Positions 15,621 to 24,100 of a stretch of DNA of 42,411 bases are shown here, piece after piece. Origin of the DNA: a virus (taxonomy: Duplodnaviria; Caudoviricetes). How positions within the stretch are numbered: the stretch's first letter is position 1; the number at the start of each line of letters is the position of its first letter. The stretch covers positions 1 to 42,411 of the IMG/VR virus record IMGVR_UViG_3300046778_000114. The stretch is one strand, 5' to 3'. The notes under the pieces are model-generated. The model was not told the DNA's origin, did not search any database, and saw nothing but the letters and a program-made list of their open reading frames with translations. Both the position numbers and the translations under genes were made by a program.

Positions 15621-17218
15621 AAATAATTGACACAGAGAAACTGCGCTTTGACACCGGCACATACGGCGAGCAGTCCCTAACAAGTAATGAACGGGAGTGG
15701 ATATACAACGGCTTCGACGCCGCAGTTACTCTTGAGGTTCGTGACGCTTTACTTCCTCAACTCGACTCAGTAGCCCGCCATACTTACGACTTCTCCCGCG
15801 CCCTACAAGGCCCGATTATGGAGATGACTCTTCGCGGGCTACTCGTTGACCAGAACAGGCGCGGAGCTGTACTTCATTCCACAGTGCGGGACATCGAAAT
15901 CCTCAACACACAGTTGATGGAAATCGTTTCCGAGGGCGTAGGCTTTCCTTGCTCTTCTCCACTTTGGTGGCGCAGTAACGCACAGCTACAGAACCTTTTT
16001 TACAAAGTAATGGAGCTAAAGCCTATTAAGAAGCGCAACGCCAACGGTATCTTCGCTCCAACTGTTAACCGCGAAGCTATAGAGAAGCTTTCCATAAATT
16101 TCTACGCCGAGCCTATTTGCAATCACATCCTAGCCCTGCGCGACCTTGACAAGAAACGGTCGTTCCTCGAGACCGGCATCGACTCAGACGGACGCTTCCG
16201 GTACGGCTTTAACATCGCCGGCACAAACACGGGTCGTCTTTCTTCCTCCGCTTCCGACTTCGGTACTGGAAGTAATTCACAGAACATCAGTCGTTCTCTC
16301 CGCTCAATCTTTTGCGCAGACCGTGGCATGAAGTTCTGTAACATAGATCTCGAGCAAGCAGACTCCCGTAACCTCGGCGCTATGTGCTGGAATATTTTCA
16401 AAGGAACAGAACACGATGCAGTTATCGGCCGCTACCTTGACGCTTGTGAGTCCGGCGACCTTCACACTTTCGTCTGCCGGATGGCAAACCCACAGCTACC
16501 GTGGCCGAAAGAACGGAAAGGCTGGCGGGCTATAGCGGATGAGATCGCCTACCGAGACTTTTCTTACCGCGATATGGCGAAGCGACTCGGACACGGCACA
16601 AACTTCTACGGCACTGCCCCGACAATGGCGATGCACACCAAGATCCCTGTGTCAAACGTTCGGGAATTTCAGTCGGGTTACTTCGAGGGTTTTCCAGAAA
16701 TCCAGCTATTTCACAAGTGGGTAAGGGAACAGCTTCATACACATTCTTCCCTCACCACCCTGTTTAATCGCCGCCGCCACTTCTTTGGTCGTGCACAAGA
16801 CGACAGCACCTTGCGGGAAGCAATTTCTTTTTGCCCACAGTCAATGACGGGAGAAGAAATTAACATCGGCCTCCTTAACATCTTCCGCTCCGGTAAGGTA
16901 CAGATCCTTGTCCAGGTTCACGACTCTCTTCTCTTCCAGTACCCTGAAGAACTCGAGGACGAAATTGTACCGTGGGCGATCGAGGCAATTAAAGCCCCGC
17001 TCGTACTTAAGGGCGGCCGCGAGTTCTGCGTACCAACCGAGGCCAAAGTAGGCTGGAACTGGGGAGACATCGAGATGTGGAATAAAGACCATGTTAGGCG
17101 GGGAATGTGTTTACCTTCCCAGGTCGGGAGCGTCAAGGACAACCCAGATGGGCTGATAAAATACAAAGGTAATGATAGCCGCAAAAGAACTTCCCACTCT
17201 AAACTCCGGTTTAAATGA
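15617..17218 (+). CDS. Family A DNA polymerase, C-terminal subunit (ExoIII plus polymerase domain)
   Basis: YNGFD (ExoIII), GTNTGRLSSS, NSQNI, motif A IDLEQADSR, motif B RDMAKRLGHGTNFYG, motif C QVHDS. Confidence 0.93.
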   Translation: MKIIDTEKLRFDTGTYGEQSLTSNEREWIYNGFDAAVTLEVRDALLPQLDSVARHTYDFSRALQGPIMEMTLRGLLVDQNRRGAVLHSTVRDIEILNTQLMEIVSEGVGFPCSSPLWWRSNAQLQNLFYKVMELKPIKKRNANGIFAPTVNREAIEKLSINFYAEPICNHILALRDLDKKRSFLETGIDSDGRFRYGFNIAGTNTGRLSSSASDFGTGSNSQNISRSLRSIFCADRGMKFCNIDLEQADSRNLGAMCWNIFKGTEHDAVIGRYLDACESGDLHTFVCRMANPQLPWPKERKGWRAIADEIAYRDFSYRDMAKRLGHGTNFYGTAPTMAMHTKIPVSNVREFQSGYFEGFPEIQLFHKWVREQLHTHSSLTTLFNRRRHFFGRAQDDSTLREAISFCPQSMTGEEINIGLLNIFRSGKVQILVQVHDSLLFQYPEELEDEIVPWAIEAIKAPLVLKGGREFCVPTEAKVGWNWGDIEMWNKDHVRRGMCLPSQVGSVKDNPDGLIKYKGNDSRKRTSHSKLRFK

Positions 17219-18432
17219 TGAGAAAACAACGTAAATTAGTAAACTGGATAGACGGCTTTTACGCCTACACAGCAGGCCTACCCTCGCCGGATTTGTTCCG
17301 GAAGTGGGGGGCGATTTCGGCTGTCGCAGGGGCGCTTGAACGGAAGGTTTGGATAACTACAAACGTAGCCCCGCTTTATCCGAACCTTTTCTGCGTACTA
17401 GTCGGGCCTCCAGGTGTAGGGAAAACAGTAGTCACAAGAACTGTACAAAAGTTATGGCAGAGTCTTGACGACCACCACCTCGCTTCCTCTTCTGTTTCCA
17501 AAGCCTCCCTCATGGATGAGCTGCGAGAAGCGGAACGCAAGGGGGTGGTAACGAACAAAGACGACCAAGGTGGTTTTGGGCAATTCAATTTTAACTCGTT
17601 AAAGATCCTCGCCAATGAACTCGGTGTGTTGATCCCGGGTTATGATAACGAGTTTATGAACGTACTCACAGACGTGTATGATGGACACCCGTACTCGGAG
17701 CGGAAAAGAAGCGCGGCACTTAAGTTTATGATTGATAAGCCACAGTTAAATCTTCTGGCCGCAACAACCCCGTCTTACCTCAACAACGTAATGCCAGAAG
17801 GCGCTTGGACACAAGGGTTTATTTCCAGGGTAAATCTTATCTATTCCGGCGACAGCCATTTACAGGATCTTTTCAGCGACAACTCGAGGAACGAGAAGCT
17901 AGGAAAGGAACTTACCTTCGATCTTAATTCTATTGGCAAGCTGTATGGCCCGATGCAATTTGAACCTGATGCAAGAATAGGATTTACCCAGTGGCATCTT
18001 GCCGGTGGTCCTCCGCAACCAGACCACCCAAAACTCGCCACGTATAATATCCGCCGTAGTGCGCACCTGCTTAAGTTGTGCATGGTTGCCAGTGCAAGTT
18101 CCGGCGACAGTCTAAGCATTACGTTAGAGAATTTTACCGAGGCACTTGACTGGTTACTCGAAGCCGAGTCTCACATGCCCGACATCTTCAAAGCAATGAA
18201 CGCCGGCGGCGACAGCACGGTTATTAACGAGGCGTGGCATTTCCTCTACACCCTTTATATCAAGGACAAAAAGCCGATCCTTGAGAACCGGCTGGTAAAC
18301 TTTATTCAACAAAGAACTCCGGCCCACAACGTAATGAAGATTGTAGAAATTATGCAGAAGGCCGGACTGATTAAAAGACAGATGAATAATATGGGATTGT
18401 ATGAGGTTGTTCCTGAAGGCAGGAAGAACTAA
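17215..18432 (+). CDS. DUF3987-like P-loop ATPase, probable replicative helicase, with no primase domain
   Basis: YPNLFCVLVGPPGVGKT, Walker B-like ILANELG, LTDVYDG, LNLLAATTP, GFISR arginine-finger-like motif. Confidence 0.75.
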   Translation: MMRKQRKLVNWIDGFYAYTAGLPSPDLFRKWGAISAVAGALERKVWITTNVAPLYPNLFCVLVGPPGVGKTVVTRTVQKLWQSLDDHHLASSSVSKASLMDELREAERKGVVTNKDDQGGFGQFNFNSLKILANELGVLIPGYDNEFMNVLTDVYDGHPYSERKRSAALKFMIDKPQLNLLAATTPSYLNNVMPEGAWTQGFISRVNLIYSGDSHLQDLFSDNSRNEKLGKELTFDLNSIGKLYGPMQFEPDARIGFTQWHLAGGPPQPDHPKLATYNIRRSAHLLKLCMVASASSGDSLSITLENFTEALDWLLEAESHMPDIFKAMNAGGDSTVINEAWHFLYTLYIKDKKPILENRLVNFIQQRTPAHNVMKIVEIMQKAGLIKRQMNNMGLYEVVPEGRKN

Positions 18433-18650
18433 GCCTTCGGTAAGGAAGAAACTTGTGAGTTAATAACCTGCGCCATTTGCAGCATATCAAGATGAGCTTT
18501 AAGCGGTAAGTTTCCCTGTTCATCGTAAAGACTAGCACAAGGGGGGCGCGGGCAGACTGGAGCTACGTTGCCAAATACAGCGTCGTCTGCTTTAAAAAGT
18601 TCCAGTTGTTCTGGAGCACGCGGCCCGAGTAATTTTTCATTCCATTCCAT
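18429..18650 (-). CDS. Hypothetical protein, last gene of the late arm
   Basis: AAGGAG RBS before the ATG at 18650; its stop overlaps the stop of the opposite-strand gene. Confidence 0.65.
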   Translation of the reverse strand: MEWNEKLLGPRAPEQLELFKADDAVFGNVAPVCPRPPCASLYDEQGNLPLKAHLDMLQMAQVINSQVSSLPKA

Positions 18651-18660
18651 TTTAATCTCC

Positions 18661-19557
18661 TTAATAAGTAACATAGTTAGTTACATTTGCCCCAGTAGAA
18701 ACCGTAGTGGTTATTCCATACAGACCTGTTCTATCGCAATCAGAGATAGCCAGAGTTCCGTTGATAGAACCACCAAAAAACTTGTTGTCGTACGAAAGTT
18801 TTCCAGCCGGTGCGTAGATCGCAGCACCTGCAATCCCCGCTCCGCCGTAAAGGTTTATATCCATATAATGTCCTGTTCTCACATGGTTAATTTCTAGCGC
18901 CCGATAAGTCGCATTAAATCCTATGATGCGCTCGAGCTTTATGCTGCGGAGGCCGATAGCAACAGTGCCACTGACATTGTTAACGCGAGATGATCCGTTG
19001 AGAAGGATGTTATATTGCGCTCTGCTTCCGTTGTATCCAGTAAGATTGAGTCGTGCAAGCTCAAGAAAATCAGGGCTGTAGTGTATTGTAGGTGTCCCAA
19101 CGTTTTGGAAATTTGTCACTAAGATATGCGCAACACTAATTCCCCCTGCAGTATCAAAGCCTAGTGTCATATCGTACCATCTCGGCCCAGTTCCAAACTC
19201 GCCATCTATCAGAAGGATCGACCCAAGGTGTGTTGCTAGAATAACAGAAAGAGAGAAGCCATCCCCGTACACAAACACAGGGTATTTTTGTGTAAGCAGC
19301 CCTGTTACGGTGTAACTTCCACCAGGAAAATGTAGCCGTTTATCTGCGTTCTGGCCGACATCCGCAAGCGCTGTGTTGATCGCCGAAGTCCAGTCTGTTG
19401 TCCCTGCTGCGGCGTAATCAAGAATACTTACTGGAAGCCCGAGCGCCCGTTTCACGGCCCTCCTGTCGCTTCGATTTTGTGTAGTCGATCTGTCTGGAAG
19501 AGAAGCGCTAGTTAGGAGTAAAGATTGAACCATTGCCAGTGTAGTTGCTTTTGTCAT
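18661..19557 (-). CDS. Short tailspike / receptor-binding protein with pectate-lyase-like beta-helix
   Basis: VSILDYAAAGTTDWTSAINTAL...LHFPGGSY...VYGDG is the usual beta-helix entry motif; start MTKATTLA after a GAGG RBS. Confidence 0.75.
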   Translation of the reverse strand: MTKATTLAMVQSLLLTSASLPDRSTTQNRSDRRAVKRALGLPVSILDYAAAGTTDWTSAINTALADVGQNADKRLHFPGGSYTVTGLLTQKYPVFVYGDGFSLSVILATHLGSILLIDGEFGTGPRWYDMTLGFDTAGGISVAHILVTNFQNVGTPTIHYSPDFLELARLNLTGYNGSRAQYNILLNGSSRVNNVSGTVAIGLRSIKLERIIGFNATYRALEINHVRTGHYMDINLYGGAGIAGAAIYAPAGKLSYDNKFFGGSINGTLAISDCDRTGLYGITTTVSTGANVTNYVTY

Positions 19558-19559
19558 TG

Positions 19560-21113
19560 CTAATTCCTCAATCCATAAAGTTGCCAACGAGCTCCGGCTG
19601 CGATATTGCCAGAGGTATAAAGAAGTCTTATGTGGGTAGGAGTAGTACTTCCCCCCATACACTTGCCACCTGCCACAAGCATTGTACTCAACGGGCCAGT
19701 AAAGTCATGGTTAAAAAGCCAGTCTACTCTTGTCCAATATCCAGAGCTTATTGCTGATAGGGAAAGATTAAGGCGCGAGTTATTTCCCGCCAACGCAGGT
19801 TGTGTGCGTCCGAGAATAAAGCTCGTTGTGCCTGTGCTATTCCAACCAGCTGTCGCACCTCCTTCATCATCGTACCTTCCTGTGAACTTGTAATCAGAAG
19901 CCCCCACAACGTAAGTCGCCCCTCCATTAAAAGACAAGCGGGCAAGTAACGGTTGGTTAGCAGTAACCGGTTCAAGCTGATCAATAATAAGTTGATACCC
20001 TCGCCAGCCACTAGACAACGCTAGATCAAGCACTGCCTGTGCAGTAGTAACCCCTGAGTTAATCAATAGAACGGCAGGCGTTCCACCTGAAGCTAAGATT
20101 GCATCGCGCACCCCAAGCGGAGTTGTTGCTTTTGTATCGTCAACACCTGCAATTACTTCCGCACTAGTCGCCTTCGGCACAGCAAAAACACGATCACCAC
20201 TTAGCGCCCCGCCTCCAGTTAACAGTCCTGTTGTTGTTATCTGCCGGGTTGTTGGGACTTTTTCTGTATCAAGTTCTACCAACGCAGCTTGTACGTTAGT
20301 CGCCACGATCCCACCGGAAGGAATAAAACTAACCCCTTCAGCAGGAATGTTAGCAACATCAAAGTTTCGTTTCTTTGTCCACGAGATACAATCATTCGCA
20401 GCAAGCACCGAGGAAGGAAACACAATGTTAACCCCGTCAGTAGCTTGGCAATCAAAGTCTGTTACCCCTGTGCCGATTGGAGTTCCCTGCAGTTGTTCGA
20501 TGCCGTTGCGTCTTACAGTTAAAGTTCCTAGAACGTACCCGTCTGTAACCGGCACAACGGTTTGTCCCCCTGTAGCAAAAACAAAACCTGTTATGTCAAG
20601 TGTTGCTAATGCAGATGCGCCCGAAATCCAATCGGCTATGATGTCAAGTTGCGCTTGTTGTGCCCCTAGTTGAATTATCAGTGTGATTAACTCATCATCA
20701 CTGATAGTCACCGTTGGTGGAATAAGCAGGGCGGTGCTAACTTGTTCCGCTACCTGCTGGATCTGCATAACAATCCGATCGAGTTGCTGTTCTATTACAG
20801 TAGGATAAAACCCGTCTTGATTATCAATCTCTACATCTTGTACATATGCAACAGTGCGGTAGATTACTAACATCTGTGTTGAGGGAATAGGTATTCCGCT
20901 TGGGTTGTATGTAACAGCACCCCCCGTTGAAGTAGGTCCTACCCCTGTAACGCTATAATTTGCCGGCGAGATAACTATAAAACTATTGTTAGCTCTAGTA
21001 TAAAGTCGTACTTCTAAATCCGCGCTTTGACGGACAGAGAAAGAAAAAGGAAAAACGGTTGTGACTCCGTTGCCGATGGCAGTTGCCACCCTCGTAGTTG
21101 TTGCTAATGTCAT
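19560..21113 (-). CDS. Tail fibre with T7 gp17-like N-terminal anchor
   Basis: GNGVTTVFPFSF...LVIYR...IEQQLDRIVMQIQQ anchor; ATNVQAALVEL and ATSAEVIAG..TTPL fibre motifs. Confidence 0.88.
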   Translation of the reverse strand: MTLATTTRVATAIGNGVTTVFPFSFSVRQSADLEVRLYTRANNSFIVISPANYSVTGVGPTSTGGAVTYNPSGIPIPSTQMLVIYRTVAYVQDVEIDNQDGFYPTVIEQQLDRIVMQIQQVAEQVSTALLIPPTVTISDDELITLIIQLGAQQAQLDIIADWISGASALATLDITGFVFATGGQTVVPVTDGYVLGTLTVRRNGIEQLQGTPIGTGVTDFDCQATDGVNIVFPSSVLAANDCISWTKKRNFDVANIPAEGVSFIPSGGIVATNVQAALVELDTEKVPTTRQITTTGLLTGGGALSGDRVFAVPKATSAEVIAGVDDTKATTPLGVRDAILASGGTPAVLLINSGVTTAQAVLDLALSSGWRGYQLIIDQLEPVTANQPLLARLSFNGGATYVVGASDYKFTGRYDDEGGATAGWNSTGTTSFILGRTQPALAGNNSRLNLSLSAISSGYWTRVDWLFNHDFTGPLSTMLVAGGKCMGGSTTPTHIRLLYTSGNIAAGARWQLYGLRN

Positions 21114-24100
21114 TAGTTCCTCTTTTCTGGTAAGTTTTGGCCTGCATTCTTTTCAATTTCGTCAAGAATATTCCGCCAAAGAATAAGGTTTTGCCACGGC
21201 ATCATCTGCCGAATACTCTTGAGAGTTGATTGTGTTGGTTCGTCAAGTCCTGTTAATACTTTATTTGCAGTCTTAGCTAAGCCGTAGCTTGGGCCGAGTA
21301 TAACTTCCAGTGCACCATCGCCCCCTCGCCGTGAAGTACGATCTCCGCTAAAACTTACATACGGCTGTGTTGCTGGAATGCGTTCAAGAAACCGCTGGCC
21401 GTCTGAAAAAATTCCCAAGATACCTGAACGGGCAATCGCCTCATCCGCCCATTTTCCAGGCGGCGCCTTCAACATCTTCTCGTAGCTTTCCCCTCCAGCA
21501 GATACTGCGCTGAGATAATAAGAAAGTGCACCGAGACCAAAGGACACCATAGTGCCATTAAAGAACGCAGCATCTCTTTGCTGTATTCCCGATAAAAGAA
21601 TTTTATAAGTCGAGGACATTCCGAAAGATTTAAACTGCCCTAGCATCCGGCCCGTCATAGAACTGTCTATCCACAACGGGCGTTCAACCCCAGGGGTTAT
21701 GATAGTGTTTCCCATCTCAGAAGCCAACGCACCACGAAAAACTCTCGTCGCTTCTGCATCAACCCAAGCCTCTGTGTTTGGATAAAGAACCCTTTTTATT
21801 CTATTGCCCCCTTCTGGAGTTAATAACTGATCATAGACGCGTCTGCCCAGAGGACCGTTAAGACCCTTTGCAGCAAGAAATTCAATCGCTTCTGCCGTGT
21901 CTTTCGCATTCGCTTTCACCCCTCCAACAACAATGTCAAGTGAGTCTGTCATCTTGCCAATAATAACCGAAGCACTGAATTGTTTCATTGCCACAGTCCA
22001 TTTATCAAACAAAGCTACTGCGCCCATTTGATTTGTAGCGTACTCAAGTCCACGCTCAAACTTCGAGTGACGACCGTAATCATCAAGAACATCGTTAACA
22101 GACTGTGCTCTTGTGTGCATGATAGCATCAAGTGCCCCGCCTGAAAGCTTAGCTTCTCGTGCTGATAGTTTTAAAGTACTGAGGTTAGTTATTAAAGGAG
22201 TAAATCCGTCTCTGAAAGTACGAGTCAAACCATATCGTTGAACAACTCGCGCGGCGTCTGGAATGCTTGAAATCAATGTACCTCCCATCAGACGAAGGAC
22301 GTTAAGGTTCATTACGGCTTTTCCCATTCTATAAGGTATAGCATCTGGATCATCTGGTATTCCCCAAGTCCCACGCAAGCGGCCGATCACAGCGTTGAGA
22401 TCACGTTGGTTATCCTCGAGATTTTTCTTAAGAATACTTTCTTCCTTCGACAGTTGTTCTGCGGTCATCTTACCTTCTTTTTGTAAAATTCCCAGCTTCT
22501 CAACCTTACTATTATAGTTCTGGATCATCTTGTCAAACAACGGTTGAGCCGTGACGCTGCCAAACTTCCGCTTAAGCTCGATGTCTGGTGCCATTGTACG
22601 AAGGTAAGCGCGGATAACTTTCTCTACATCCTTCTCAAGATAATCCATTAGAAGATTAGACTCGATATCAAGTACCCGCGCCATCTCTGCACCACGAGGG
22701 CTGGAAAGAATTTCCTGAAGAGGTATCCGACTTTGCGTGCCGATGATCTTGTTTGTTGTATCAGTGGCTAATTCACGGGCGTACTGGGCAAAGTCAGCAG
22801 TACGTGCGTTGAAGTCTATGTTAGCTGCACCACCGAGACGGGACTTTTCCAGAAAAGTTTCCCGACGAAGTTGCCCTTGTGTTTTAATCCCCGCGAGCCT
22901 CGCTGCACTTGCTTCAGGAGAAAGCTTTGCTGCCGCTTCTTCTAATCGCCCCTGCCTTGCTATACGGTTCTTAGTTAACTCAAGAGAACGTTCCTTGAGC
23001 AATTCAAGCGCTTCTCTTATATCGTTCCTTAAGGCTGCCCGATCAATCGTATCCAGTTCTTCCATCCGCGCGGCAATGTCAGACAACTGTCCCGTTTGTT
23101 TTACACTCACACTTTCCGCTTGTAACAACCGCTGCATGTCGGGATTTTCCGCTTCAAGCAAACGAGCTACCCGACCCTCGGATTTAGTTAGCCGCCCTTC
23201 CATTTCAGCAAAGTCGTTACCAAGTCCCTTCAACAATTTACCAAGTTCTTTATCTGAAACTGTTTCTAACTTGTTAAGTACCTTCTGTCCAGTCCGTGCA
23301 ATGCGTTCGAACTGGTTAAAGTTAAAGTCGTCGATCTTGTTAATCTCGGTGAACTTTTTCAGTTGTCGTTCCTCAAGAACAGAAGCTGCTTTAGAAAGCC
23401 CTGCTAGTCGACGGTTAATTTCAGCACGTTGCTCACGAAGCGAACTGAGGTCTTTACCTGCGTTCTTCTCAAGTTCTTTCGCTTGCGCAAGTGCATCTGT
23501 CGCTGCTTCTTTATCACCTGTCTTTGCGGCGAGACGAGCCTGAGAACGAAGCGCACTAATTTGATCCTCTACCCCCACAAGATCAGCATTGCGCCCTGCT
23601 TCAAGCGCAGCTTTTTCCCCTGTAAACTGCTCCTGCATTGCCGCAACTTCTTCCTTCGGTCGAACAAGATCTGCGATAAGGTTTGTATCGCGGCGCTCTT
23701 TCTCAGTAAGCCGCGCTAACTTTTCCCCAAACTCTTCGTTCAGTTTCTTCGCGTACTCGCCAGAAAGAAGTTCAATAAAATTGTTCTGATTTGCTTTTAT
23801 CTTATATGTGTCGTACATGCGGTGAAAGTAACTCGCGTCTTTCATCGGTTTCATTTCCCCGAAGAGCTTTACGTTCTGAGCTTCTTTCAGCATCGGATCA
23901 AAAATCCGCGTTCGAATGTCCTTCGCTACTTCCGCGACTTCTTTCATCTCATGTAGATCGCCGTTGAACAGTGCTTTAGTAACCTCTTCCCTAAACTCGC
24001 TTTTAGAAAACTTATTCGGATCAAGAAGTCCTTTAACCCCCGCCCGTAAATTAGGGAACAAACCGGGAACAGAATTTTCCCCGTAAATGTGTTTAGCATA

